DNA from: a virus
Taxonomy: Duplodnaviria; Heunggongvirae; Uroviricota; Caudoviricetes
Length of the DNA: 56,313 nt
Reading direction: 5' to 3' (one strand)
Virus record (IMG/VR): IMGVR_UViG_3300021255_002251
The first letter of the stretch is position 1, and each line of letters begins with the position of its first letter. Of the stretch, positions 1-8,371 are shown one piece after another. Made by a program: the position numbers and the translations under genes. The notes beneath the pieces were generated by a model. It saw only the letters and a program-made list of their open reading frames with translations, was not told the DNA's origin and searched no databases.

Positions 1-21
1 CGGTCAGAACGATAGACGATA

Positions 22-52
22 CCCCTCACACCCTCGGAAGGGTATGAAGGGG
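22..52 (-). other. GC-rich stem-loop downstream of the terminal early operon
   Basis: The minus strand reads CCCTTCATACCCT-TCCG-AGGGTGTGAGGG, a stem of about 13 bp with G-U pairs and no clear U-tract. Confidence 0.45.
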
Positions 53-83
53 CGAATTTTGAAGGATTTGTAAATCAATATTG

Positions 84-122
84 AAAAACCGCCGAAAGGT
101 ACAAACCAAAACCCTTCGACGG
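84..122 (-). terminator. Rho-independent terminator
   Basis: The minus strand reads CCGTCGAAGGGT-(10 nt)-ACCTTTCGGCGG followed by TTTTT, about 30 nt after the stop at 154. Confidence 0.75.
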
Positions 123-153
123 CTCATAGCGGCAGACAATCCACCATGAAATA

Positions 154-669
154 TCAGAACTCTTCCCAGCTCTTGTACGGTCCTCCTACCTTGTACGGAC
201 GAACCTCATTCACTACATACTCGGCCAGTTTCGCCGCCATCTGCCCAATCCACTCCAAGAACATCCAGAAGAAATCGTCGTCCTTATAGTTCCCCTCCTC
301 AATCTGGTAGAGGTAGCAGCGGCACACCGTGTACAGATTCGAAAGCCACTCCTTGCGGGTTTCCTTGGCTATGTCGATAGCCGTCCCTCCGTCCTCCATC
401 GGAAGGAACGTCCCCATCATTCGCTCGTCCTCCCCATACCTCGCCACAATCGCCTTGCGGTTCTTGTCGAAGAGATACCGATGGATTAGCGAAGCGGAGA
501 ACATCCCCGTCTTGTCCACAAGCCCCTGTTCCTGCAGGTATTGCTTGAAATTCCCCTTAAGTTCAAGTTCGGACAGCCCAGGATACATACCAATCCTATA
601 GTTGGCACAGGCCGCCATGTACTTGGCGATTTTCGTAAGGGTGCGGTTGTTTACCATGAATGCGCTCAT
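154..669 (-). CDS. Conserved phage/plasmid hypothetical protein (MSAF...CYLYQ type), 171 aa
   Basis: Start moved to MSAFMVNN, which follows AAGGAC repeats and lies downstream of promoter P1. The ORF-track start overlaps the promoter. Confidence 0.8.
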   Translation of the reverse strand: MSAFMVNNRTLTKIAKYMAACANYRIGMYPGLSELELKGNFKQYLQEQGLVDKTGMFSASLIHRYLFDKNRKAIVARYGEDERMMGTFLPMEDGGTAIDIAKETRKEWLSNLYTVCRCYLYQIEEGNYKDDDFFWMFLEWIGQMAAKLAEYVVNEVRPYKVGGPYKSWEEF

Positions 670-734
670 TGTCCTTCGTCCTTCTCTTTGTCGTTGTCCT
701 TGTATGTCCGCCCACCATGGGCTTGACGGCTCAC

Positions 735-763
735 AGTATACCAAACCTGCGGACGGCTTGCAA
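735..763 (-). promoter_or_regulatory. Sigma70-type early promoter P1
   Basis: TTGCAA-17 nt-TATACT with TG extension, then GCCGTCAAG and an AAGGAC-rich leader. Confidence 0.85.
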
Positions 764-782
764 TAGGGTAATCAAAACTTTT

Positions 783-1040
783 TCACTTTTTCGGAAGCCA
801 GTCCACGGAGCGGACGTATTCCTTTATGCCCTCGTCGTTTCCGTACTCTTCCGCCACGTATCGGACGAGAGCCGTCTTCATCTTCTTCTCATCGCCGCTT
901 TCAACCGCTTCCTTGACGTAGCCGAATCCGAAGATGTCCGCATAGTCGAGGAAGTCAGATTTCGCCTCTTCGGGGTCGTAGGATGAGAGGTCTCCTTCCT
1001 CCTCCGCATCCTTCCTGTCGAGAATCACGTCGATGATCAT
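783..1040 (-). CDS. Hypothetical protein (MIIDVILDRKD...VDWL), 85 aa
   Basis: ATGA overlap with the upstream stop at 1037-1039. Confidence 0.75.
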   Translation of the reverse strand: MIIDVILDRKDAEEEGDLSSYDPEEAKSDFLDYADIFGFGYVKEAVESGDEKKMKTALVRYVAEEYGNDEGIKEYVRSVDWLPKK

Positions 1041-1738
1041 GCCGCGGCCCCCTTCCACTCTGCGGGGCAAGCCCGTCCGCTAGCGGCGAACTCGGCCCTC
1101 TGCTCCTTCGTCCCGTACTCTTCGAGGAAACGGAGCATCGCATTGTCGATGTCGCGCCACCTCGCCTTCGAGAACTTCACCCCGCAATAGCGGTAGTTCA
1201 CCTTCTGGCGGTAGGCATCGCTCGTGATAATCCACGAAAGCCCCTTCTGCGTAACCGTCACTCCGAGCGGAACGAACGGCTGCTTCGGACCGTTCTTGCG
1301 CTCCTCCGCCTTTCGGGCAATCTTCTTGCGGCACTCCTCCCGCCACTTGTTAGCATCCTCGTTGTCCGTAGGCGTGAGCATGGCGAGAATCCCAGCAGGG
1401 CAGTCGTAATAGTACGGCATCATGGTCTCGTCCATGTCCTTGTAGCCCCACACGGAACCGTCGCGTCCCCGTCCGTGGGTAAGGCATACCATCGCAAAAA
1501 CCCTTGGCTCCTTGCCGGGCTGCTCCCTCTTCACCGCCGCATAGTACACGCTCCCCACCATCGAGGACTTGAGTACCGTGTCCTTCATCGGCGGATAGAC
1601 ATGCCCGTAGGATTCAACCGGCTTCTTCCGCTCCCATGTGAAGAGCGCATCGAGCTCGGCCTTGCGGTCTACCGTGCGGTTGCCCTTCTTGTCGTACTTC
1701 CAGTAGCAGGAGTGCATGCAAGTCGTCCAGCCCATCAT
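1037..1738 (-). CDS. DUF6927-like protein
   Basis: Motifs MGWT, YYAA...VFAMVCLT and GYKDMDETMMPYYYDCPAGILAMLTPTDNEDANKWREEC match the DUF6927 pattern as recalled. Confidence 0.75.
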   Translation of the reverse strand: MMGWTTCMHSCYWKYDKKGNRTVDRKAELDALFTWERKKPVESYGHVYPPMKDTVLKSSMVGSVYYAAVKREQPGKEPRVFAMVCLTHGRGRDGSVWGYKDMDETMMPYYYDCPAGILAMLTPTDNEDANKWREECRKKIARKAEERKNGPKQPFVPLGVTVTQKGLSWIITSDAYRQKVNYRYCGVKFSKARWRDIDNAMLRFLEEYGTKEQRAEFAASGRACPAEWKGAAA

Positions 1739-1956
1739 GCCACCTCCGCATCAGTATAAACTCCATCAACAATGGCCGTAGCCCAATGTCTCCCTCTAGT
1801 GTCTGCATCTACAAGCTTCACCCTCACGTCAAACCACCAAGTGTTTCCATTCGGTAGCTTTCTATTTGCAAGGTTTCGTATCGCTTCCACAGCATCCTCA
1901 CCCTTGCTCCTATAAATCTTGTTATTGCGGATAATCTTGTAAGTGTTCTTCATCAC
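1735..1956 (-). CDS. Hypothetical protein, about 73 aa
   Basis: Overlaps both neighbours by stop-start coupling. It is more AT-rich than its flanks. Confidence 0.7.
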   Translation of the reverse strand: MMKNTYKIIRNNKIYRSKGEDAVEAIRNLANRKLPNGNTWWFDVRVKLVDADTRGRHWATAIVDGVYTDAEVA

Positions 1957-2207
1957 GCCACCGCCTTTCGCACGACATATCCCATCGCCCTTGCGGCAGA
2001 CACGAGATTCTGCAGCATGATGTCGAAAGCCATTCCCGCCTCAATACGGTTGCTTAGCGCCTTGTACACCCTAGCGGCGGGCGCGAAATCGTTGAACTCG
2101 AAGGTGCATCCCGCGCAGTACACCGTGTAGAACACCTGCTCGGTGTCCAGATGGTAGTCCGCGCTAATCCGCACGGACTTTCCGTTTTTTGTGGTCGTTG
2201 CTATCAT
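1953..2207 (-). CDS. Hypothetical protein, 84 aa
   Basis: Start moved to MIATTTKNG, after CAAGGAC and downstream of P2. Confidence 0.7.
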   Translation of the reverse strand: MIATTTKNGKSVRISADYHLDTEQVFYTVYCAGCTFEFNDFAPAARVYKALSNRIEAGMAFDIMLQNLVSAARAMGYVVRKAVA

Positions 2208-2266
2208 TGCCAGTCCTTGCTTTGTCGTTGTCCTTGTGAACTCCCCCACGCGGGGGAACGGCGCAT

Positions 2267-2295
2267 ATTGTAGCATAACCCCGTATGGCTTGCAA
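2267..2295 (-). promoter_or_regulatory. Sigma70-type early promoter P2
   Basis: TTGCAA-17 nt-TACAAT with TG extension, followed by a GC hairpin and the same 18-mer as the P1 leader. Confidence 0.85.
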
Positions 2296-2324
2296 GGGGG
2301 TAATTGAAGAATTTTTTATTTTCT

Positions 2325-2855
2325 TCAAGCGCCGAAGCAGAGCCGTCCCATCGAAGCGGACAACGCGCACTCCAAAGCCGTGGCCTCCGCGCTATAGATA
2401 TAGATGGCCACTTCCCTGTCCACTCCCGCAATCGTCTCGCTGATTACCTTCAACTGGTAGCACGGCTTTGGCTCCACGACGTGCACCATCGTGATCTTCG
2501 AAGCCCTTCCGTCCGTCTTGTGGGCGAATCCCGCCCCGTCGCGGATGCTCTCCGTCATCCCTCGCAGGCATCGCACGATTTCCGCCGCCTCGATCGGATT
2601 GATGCGCACGATGATCCTGTCCTTCCAGTTGAACGTGGGGAACACCTTGCGGTCTACGTCCCCGACCGTCATCTGCTTGGCCAGTTCTATCTGCACGTAC
2701 CCAGACTGGGTGAGCTTGGCGGGCATCAGCCGCACGGACATCGCACTGCCGTTGCCTTTGGCGTTGGGGTGGTATATCCCGAATGCGGGAATCATGTTCT
2801 GGTTCGGGATCCTTCTCGGCTTCTTGGTTTCGCTGTTCTCGTTTTCTTCTTTCAT
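2325..2855 (-). CDS. Putative Whirly-like ssDNA-binding protein
   Basis: The pattern IYH..KG.GSAM.V...P...GYV.IELA...FNW...I..I.P.E...FAH...Y.LKV...V.I.I..AE..AL parallels the plant Whirly domain. It has its own promoter, P3. Confidence 0.5.
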   Translation of the reverse strand: MKEENENSETKKPRRIPNQNMIPAFGIYHPNAKGNGSAMSVRLMPAKLTQSGYVQIELAKQMTVGDVDRKVFPTFNWKDRIIVRINPIEAAEIVRCLRGMTESIRDGAGFAHKTDGRASKITMVHVVEPKPCYQLKVISETIAGVDREVAIYIYSAEATALECALSASMGRLCFGA

Positions 2856-2887
2856 CGTGTTGTCCTTTCTTGTCCTTGACGCCGCAC

Positions 2888-2916
2888 ATTATACCACAAG
2901 TATGTTCGGCTTGCAA
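2888..2916 (-). promoter_or_regulatory. Sigma70-type early promoter P3
   Basis: TTGCAA-17 nt-TATAAT with TG extension, then GTCAAGGACAAGAAAGGAC. Confidence 0.9.
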
Positions 2917-2991
2917 TGGGACAATCCAACTTTAATGAAATAAAATATAATGGAGAGGCGGCTGCACACTGCCGCCCCTCCGAAATCGTCA

Positions 2992-4263
2992 TTATTCCGC
3001 TTCCACCTTGCACACGACCGCCACCCCCTCGGGCTCCTGATCGTCCTCTTCCAGAAACACCATGTTGCCGCCAAGTTCTATCTTCGATTCGCTTCCCGAG
3101 ACGAGGACGGAATTGTCTCTCATCGAGGTTTTGATTGTGCCGCACACGTTGGCGCTTCCGCCATATTCTCCGCTACCCACATTTCCGCTCTCGCCAACCC
3201 TGCATCCGTCGGCAACCGTGCATCCGTCGGCAACCGTGGCCCCAGCATTCCCTAGTATGACCGTAGCCCCGCCAACAAAGCACAGCCCAGACTTGCCCTT
3301 CACGGAGCCGTTGGCCTTTATCACGCTGTCAGTCACCGATCCGCCCTCCATAGCGGAAGCATTCGCGCTCATCACCGATTCTTCCTTCACTTCGCACTTG
3401 ACGAACACGTTGCCGGACAGTTTCGTCTTGCCCTCCACGCTTCCGCCCTCGCCTATGAAAGGCTGACCGTATTTTATCTGGGCTTCCCCCTTCACCGTTC
3501 CCTCGATGATCCCAGACTCGACGACCGCCTCCCCATCTACCTTCCCCGTCTTCAGGATGATAGCCTCGTGGGAAACCGTCGCATCTCCCTTCACCGTCCC
3601 GTACACGGTGGCATAGTCCTTCACGACCGCATTTCCCTCAACCGTCCCCGATATGACCTTGGAGTTCCCCGTCACGTAGGCTTGCTCCTTGATTGTGGCT
3701 TCCTCTCCAACGTATGCGCTGCCGTCCACCACTGCGTCCCCCCCGACGTTTCCCTCCACCCTAGCCGTACCGCTGACGGCTATCCGTTCGCTCCCGACTA
3801 TCCGCGCCTTGCCGTACACATAGGCATTCCCTCCGATGCCAACCGCCCCTTCTATGTAGGCTTCGCCCCCAACCTTCGCATTCTCCCCGACCTCGCCGGA
3901 CGAAAGAACCACGTCGTCGCACACGAATCCGTTGCCGCACACGATGCCGCCGCTCCTCACCCAGCACTTCCCATCCTGAGAAAGGTTGAATGTCTGCTCT
4001 ATCCATCCGCCCTTCTCTCCCATCTTCTCGACGAGTATCTTCCGCTTCTTCTCCTCGCCCTTCGTGACTTTCCCGTCCTTGCCAACGGTATACTGGACGT
4101 CGGTTATCTCTTTCTCCTCGTAGGTGATCCTCGCTATCTGGTGTCCAACGAAGGGGGGGAAGTTTTTTGGAATGACAATCTTCGGGGAACCCGTGTTCTC
4201 ATACGGCGCTCCCGTTGCGGGATCGATGAACATCTCCACGAACTTGAACTTCTTCCTCGCCAT
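2992..4263 (-). CDS. Left-handed beta-helix (hexapeptide repeat) phage protein, 423 aa
   Basis: The GGWIEQTFNLSQDGKCWV signature of the common phage LbH family is followed by about 300 aa of V/I-x-G-x-A-x repeats. Confidence 0.8.
   Translation of the reverse strand: MARKKFKFVEMFIDPATGAPYENTGSPKIVIPKNFPPFVGHQIARITYEEKEITDVQYTVGKDGKVTKGEEKKRKILVEKMGEKGGWIEQTFNLSQDGKCWVRSGGIVCGNGFVCDDVVLSSGEVGENAKVGGEAYIEGAVGIGGNAYVYGKARIVGSERIAVSGTARVEGNVGGDAVVDGSAYVGEEATIKEQAYVTGNSKVISGTVEGNAVVKDYATVYGTVKGDATVSHEAIILKTGKVDGEAVVESGIIEGTVKGEAQIKYGQPFIGEGGSVEGKTKLSGNVFVKCEVKEESVMSANASAMEGGSVTDSVIKANGSVKGKSGLCFVGGATVILGNAGATVADGCTVADGCRVGESGNVGSGEYGGSANVCGTIKTSMRDNSVLVSGSESKIELGGNMVFLEEDDQEPEGVAVVCKVEAE
3201..3236. 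repeat. 18-bp tandem duplication encoding TVADGC twice
   Basis: TGCATCCGTCGGCAACCG occurs twice in tandem, an exact hexapeptide expansion. Confidence 0.9.
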
Positions 4264-4272
4264 CTCTCACCT

Positions 4273-4707
4273 CTAAATGCTGCCGTCGTCCGATTCACCA
4301 AGCATCCCTTCTCCGCCCAATCCGCTGTCCGCATCGTCCGCATCGTCGGCGAATCCGTCCCATGTCCATTCCCGCATGAACCGCACTTCTTCCATCATCT
4401 GCCGCTTCGCCAGCCGCTTCGCATAGGTACGTTCCTCCTCGGTGAAGTCCTTGGCTATCGCCCATCTCTCCGCTACTGGCTTCTCGAACATCCGGCGAAC
4501 TCTCGCAAACCTCTCGTCGTCCTTCTTTACCCGTAGCATCCTTGGCGGCGGGATGACCGCCGCAGGCTGCGGGACTCCGGGCTTCGTGGTGTCTCCGCCC
4601 CCGCCCATGAAGAATCCCGTCATCCGGCACAAATCCGAACAGAAGCTGTCGCCCGGTCCCTTGGACTCGAACCGCCTCCCGCACTTCTTGCATTTCCTAT
4701 ACGCCAT
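4273..4707 (-). CDS. Zn-ribbon hypothetical protein
   Basis: N-terminal CKKC...FCSDLC and an acidic C-terminus. The same type of motif occurs in the 55-aa gene at 19031-19198. Confidence 0.7.
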   Translation of the reverse strand: MAYRKCKKCGRRFESKGPGDSFCSDLCRMTGFFMGGGGDTTKPGVPQPAAVIPPPRMLRVKKDDERFARVRRMFEKPVAERWAIAKDFTEEERTYAKRLAKRQMMEEVRFMREWTWDGFADDADDADSGLGGEGMLGESDDGSI

Positions 4708-4734
4708 TTGAAACAAGCCCAGCCGACAAACACA

Positions 4735-5547
4735 TTACTGGAAGAACGGCGAATCTCCGCCCTCCGCCCACGGGTCGGCTTCCGCTCCCATGTCGGGATT
4801 CGCCGCCCCGAATCCGTTAGCCCCATACTCCATCCCAGCCTCCACCGTGCTGTCTCCAGCATACGGGGCTTCCCCGACCTCCACCGCATCCGCATCTAAC
4901 GCCTTTGGCTTCGCGGTCTCAACCGCATCGTCAACATACTGCTTGACTTCCTTGCCCATCTGCTCCATCGCCGCCAGCGCCATCGGATCGGTCATCACCC
5001 CGCCTGGATTCGGCTTCGCCCCCGTCACCTTCTCGATTTCCTCCTCCGCTTCCTTCACCGCTTCGTCGGGGATGACTCCCATCACTATCCGCTCCGTCTC
5101 CTGTCCGCCTCCATCTCCCGTTATGTCCTCGGTTGTCCACCCTCTCTTCCGCCCCTTCGTCTGCAGGGTGAATATGATCGTGCTCGCATTCCCCGCCCTG
5201 TTCAGCCGATCCAACTGGTACTCCGCCTCGTCAACGATGTTCTCTCCCTGCTCTTCCTTGAGTTCCAGAAGTTCGGGGTGCTTCTTGATATACCTCGAAA
5301 GGAAACTCCTCTCGCAGTGTATCATCCCCGCTATCGTATATAGCGGAATGTTTCTCTTCAGGCAGTCCGCTATGAAATTGTACTCCTCTTCCGTGCATTC
5401 GGACGGGTGCTTGAAGATTCCGTTCGCCGCTCTCATCGGCGCCTGGCTTCTCATCTCCCTCACCGCCCTCGCAACGGACGGGCGCATCATCGGGTTAGCC
5501 GCATCTCCCAGAGGATTCCTCTCCGTTCTCTCTTCCATCTGCGTCAC
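4735..5547 (-). CDS. Putative terminase small subunit (HTH)
   Basis: An HTH-like segment is followed by DEAEYQL...GNASTIIFTLQTKGRKRGW, matching the TerS-type GN.TAIIF.LKT.GK.RGY motif. It lies downstream of ParB-like and PAPS-reductase-like genes. Confidence 0.65.
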   Translation of the reverse strand: MTQMEERTERNPLGDAANPMMRPSVARAVREMRSQAPMRAANGIFKHPSECTEEEYNFIADCLKRNIPLYTIAGMIHCERSFLSRYIKKHPELLELKEEQGENIVDEAEYQLDRLNRAGNASTIIFTLQTKGRKRGWTTEDITGDGGGQETERIVMGVIPDEAVKEAEEEIEKVTGAKPNPGGVMTDPMALAAMEQMGKEVKQYVDDAVETAKPKALDADAVEVGEAPYAGDSTVEAGMEYGANGFGAANPDMGAEADPWAEGGDSPFFQ

Positions 5548-6425
5548 TCCTCTTCGGGTCCCACTGCCTCGTTAGTCGGGATGACCATGCCAGAACCCTC
5601 GCCATCGCCTCCCTCGGGCTCTCCTCCTCCCGCTTCCCCCACCTTCGTATCGCCATCCATGCGACCTCCGCGCTTGGCTGCCTCCTGCTCCATCCACAGC
5701 GGATAGTTTGCATCTATCATCTCCTCTCGGACGTTCTTGACCTCCGCGAGCGGATACCACGTCTTCGTGAGTTCCCAGTCCCGCGGAAAATGCTCCATCA
5801 TCACCTTGTTGTACGTGGCGGACGGCACTCCGCCCATCGACCTGTTCACGTACTTGTATTCGGGCGCGAGCACGAGTCCCGCATCCGTAATCGCATTAAG
5901 CATCTCCTCCCTCGGCCAGTCCCAGCAAGGGTAGAACGTCTTGTTCCCGATGTTCTTCCCGCCCGTCTTGCGGCAGTAGATCAGCCTGTCTATGGAATCG
6001 TTCTTGCTTATTCCCACCGCGCACCATGCCCTCGGCAGGTTGAACTTCATCCGCAGATACTCGAGAACGTCCAGTTTCGTGAAGTCAACGTCGGGGATGA
6101 CCTGGTCTATCACGTCGCACTCCCAAGGGGTTTCCTGATAGATGTACCGCACGAGCGCCATCTTCAAGTCCTCTCCCATCATCCGCAGGATTCGGGTGTT
6201 CAGCATCGCTTCGAGATAGTCAAGATACTCGTCCGCAAACCTATACCCAGGGACCGTGGCGCAGTGAAAAGGAATTACGCGATTGAAGTATTTCAGGCAC
6301 TGCAGATAGGCACAAAGAGAGTCCTTTCCACGACTCATCATTATAAAAATCGTGCCGTGGCTCTTCTTCGCTATCTCCCGACAAAGCGAATCCGTGGCTT
6401 CCGTGCTGTATATCGGTAACGTCAT
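5544..6425 (-). CDS. PAPS-reductase-like PP-loop protein
   Basis: SRGKDS PP-loop variant, plus G....DS..R, FYP.WDW and L.PEY....RS..G motifs typical of phage PAPS reductase-like proteins. Confidence 0.8.
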   Translation of the reverse strand: MTLPIYSTEATDSLCREIAKKSHGTIFIMMSRGKDSLCAYLQCLKYFNRVIPFHCATVPGYRFADEYLDYLEAMLNTRILRMMGEDLKMALVRYIYQETPWECDVIDQVIPDVDFTKLDVLEYLRMKFNLPRAWCAVGISKNDSIDRLIYCRKTGGKNIGNKTFYPCWDWPREEMLNAITDAGLVLAPEYKYVNRSMGGVPSATYNKVMMEHFPRDWELTKTWYPLAEVKNVREEMIDANYPLWMEQEAAKRGGRMDGDTKVGEAGGGEPEGGDGEGSGMVIPTNEAVGPEEE

Positions 6426-6455
6426 ACTCTATGCCGCTCTCCTCTCGCCCAACAT

Positions 6456-6497
6456 AAAAAGGACGGACGCCCACCGCACCCGCGCATGGACGCCGCC
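6456..6497 (-). terminator. Probable Rho-independent terminator after the basic protein gene
   Basis: GGCGGCGTCCAT...GTGGGCGTCCGTCC imperfect hairpin followed by TTTTT. Confidence 0.6.
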
Positions 6498-6523
6498 AAT
6501 TCCCGCCCCGGATCTTGTGGATG

Positions 6524-7078
6524 CTATCTCTTGTGGCCGTCCTGCCCGATAGCCATGATGTAGCGAGACTTCGCCTTCTTCACGCCCGCATGTATCTTGC
6601 TCCCGTCGGGCTTCTTGTACCCAGGAGCATACGTGCCGCCGTCCGCATCTATCAGTTTCCGAGCTCCTCCCGTCTTGCGGAAGTTCGCCTCGCTCGACTC
6701 TCCGTTGTACATCCCCTGGTTTGCTGCGCTTCCGAGATATCCGCCCGTCCCGTCCGTGCCGAGGAACTTCTCCTTGTTCGAGTAGAACAACCCTCTCTGC
6801 TGCATGGACGTCATGGACTTGATCGGTCTCATGTTCGCTATCTTCGCAAAATACCTGCCGCCGGTTCTCATGTACCCCTTGGGCGGCTTCTGACCCATGT
6901 CCCGAATCCTCTTCGACGGAGACCCTTTCGTCCCAACCGCCTTGTCTTCCTGATTCCCGAGGAACTTCTTGGACTTCGCCTTCGCAGCCTGCTTCTTCGC
7001 ATAGTCGGAGGCGTTCTTCGCCCACTTCGCGGACTTCTTCGGCTTCTTTGCCGTCGATGCTTTCTTCTTTGTCGCCAT
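6524..7078 (-). CDS. Highly basic Lys/Gly/Ala-rich protein, 184 aa, possibly DNA-condensing
   Basis: AAGGAG RBS. The N-terminus MATKKKASTAKKPKKSAK has a histone H1-like composition. Confidence 0.8.
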   Translation of the reverse strand: MATKKKASTAKKPKKSAKWAKNASDYAKKQAAKAKSKKFLGNQEDKAVGTKGSPSKRIRDMGQKPPKGYMRTGGRYFAKIANMRPIKSMTSMQQRGLFYSNKEKFLGTDGTGGYLGSAANQGMYNGESSEANFRKTGGARKLIDADGGTYAPGYKKPDGSKIHAGVKKAKSRYIMAIGQDGHKR

Positions 7079-7188
7079 AGCTTTTTTCTCCTTGCATGAA
7101 ACGTGTCGCGCCCCGTCGCACCAGCTCCAGACCGCTTACACCATGCCAATTCTTACTTTCGGGGATGTGTGCCGATCCCTTGACCATC

Positions 7189-8139
7189 CTATATCACTCC
7201 GTCTATCCCGCTGCCGTCCTCGACCTTCCCCTCTTCCTCCTCGTTGGGCTCCGTCCCTTCGGGAATCTCTCCGCCGTTCGTCTCCCAGCCGAACTCCGTC
7301 CCGTCCATCGCCATCTCCTGCAGAGCCTTGCTCGGTTTCCCGTCTGGAAACTTCAACCCGCTGTACTCTATCTTCTTCCCAAGCGCTCCAGAAAGACTAA
7401 ATCCATTGATAAATATGTCCCTGTTAGCCTCAACTCCATACTTCTCCTTTAGGAAATCCAAGAACTCCATCTTCTGGTCGTGCGTCTCAAACACAACAAC
7501 TGAATAGAACCCCATGTCGAGTATCTCTTCGAGATTTCCTCGGCTATCCTCCCGCCGCTTCTTGAAGTCCTTGAGTTCCTGATCTTCCTCCCCATGCTCC
7601 CCCTGCTCGACTTCATCCTCCACGGGCTCCGCCATCTTCTCTTGGAAGTCCAGCGGAGTCTGCGCGAAATCCATCCCGACCGCCTTGAGGCATTCCGCAT
7701 TGAACTTCGCGACCAGCTTGTCGTAGTCCGTCTCGCCGCTCACTCCCTCCGGGCTGTTTGCCAGCAGGATGAACCGTTCTGCATGCTCGGGACTCCACCA
7801 GTTCCCGTCTGAATACTTCCCTACCGCCAGCCATTCGTCGGGTATCTTCTCGTACCCCATCTCCACCAAGGCATCGTACCGCTGGTTCCCGGAAAGGACA
7901 ACCAGTTTTCCCTCCTGCCCCTCCCACGGCCAATCCTCCCTTTCCTTCGGCAGTTCGCTCGGAACCATCCACACGACAATCGGATTCGCGCGAAGCATCT
8001 CGATGTCGCCCTTGCCGTCCCCGTCCTTCCGCAGCAGGCTTTCCATGAGCATCGTAAAGCTCCCGTCGCTTATCGTCCGGGGATTGTTGCTCAGCTTGTG
8101 CAGCTTTCCTAGATATGTGGAGAGTATTCGCCTAGCCAT
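7189..8139 (-). CDS. ParB/Srx-like N-terminal domain protein with acidic C-terminal domain
   Basis: NNPRTIS...MLRANPIVVW...VVLSGNQRYDAL.EMG is the phage ParB-N signature. Start moved to MARRILST. Confidence 0.8.
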   Translation of the reverse strand: MARRILSTYLGKLHKLSNNPRTISDGSFTMLMESLLRKDGDGKGDIEMLRANPIVVWMVPSELPKEREDWPWEGQEGKLVVLSGNQRYDALVEMGYEKIPDEWLAVGKYSDGNWWSPEHAERFILLANSPEGVSGETDYDKLVAKFNAECLKAVGMDFAQTPLDFQEKMAEPVEDEVEQGEHGEEDQELKDFKKRREDSRGNLEEILDMGFYSVVVFETHDQKMEFLDFLKEKYGVEANRDIFINGFSLSGALGKKIEYSGLKFPDGKPSKALQEMAMDGTEFGWETNGGEIPEGTEPNEEEEGKVEDGSGIDGVI

Positions 8140-8197
8140 CTGTCGCCTTCCCTGTCCCGACGGGGATGATAGCCCCTCATCCTCCGACCGAAAAATC

Positions 8198-8353
8198 CTA
8201 CTTTGCCGTTTTCGCCGCCGCACTTCTCGAGCAGCAGTCTCCGCATCCGTTGCTCACGCACCCTCCGAACATCAAAATCGCGATCGCTATAGCAATCACC
8301 GCCAGCGCCATCGGGTTCGCACCCTCCCCATCTCCGAATATCGCATCAAGCAT
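8198..8353 (-). CDS. Small Cys-rich putative lipoprotein, 51 aa (not in ORF track)
   Basis: Hand translation gives MLDAIFGDGEGANPMALAVIAIAIAILMFGG-CVSNGCGDCCSRSAAAKTAK, a hydrophobic stretch ending in a lipobox-like FGG-C. Confidence 0.55.
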   Translation of the reverse strand: MLDAIFGDGEGANPMALAVIAIAIAILMFGGCVSNGCGDCCSRSAAAKTAK

Positions 8354-8371
8354 CTTCTCATCTCTTCTTTC

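Noticed and set aside
686-2237. Repeated TTGTCGTTGTCCTTG motif as a possible CRISPR repeat
   Set aside because: Copies are kilobases apart, always in 5' leaders, with no regular spacers and no cas genes.
4660-4682. GGTTCGAGTCC T-loop-like sequence
   Set aside because: It lies inside a CDS and forms no T-stem or cloverleaf, so it is not a tRNA.
5544-6425. Calling the PP-loop gene cysH, an auxiliary sulfur metabolism gene
   Set aside because: It has a variant PP-loop, no evident C-terminal ECG(L/I)H catalytic motif, and a packaging-gene context.
7085-7185. tRNA-like TGGTGTAAGCGGT segment upstream of the basic protein gene
   Set aside because: There is no T-psi-C motif or acceptor stem. At most it is a structured leader.
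7189-8139. Plasmid partition system (parAB)
   Set aside because: Only a ParB-N-like domain is present. No ParA, HTH or parS array was seen.
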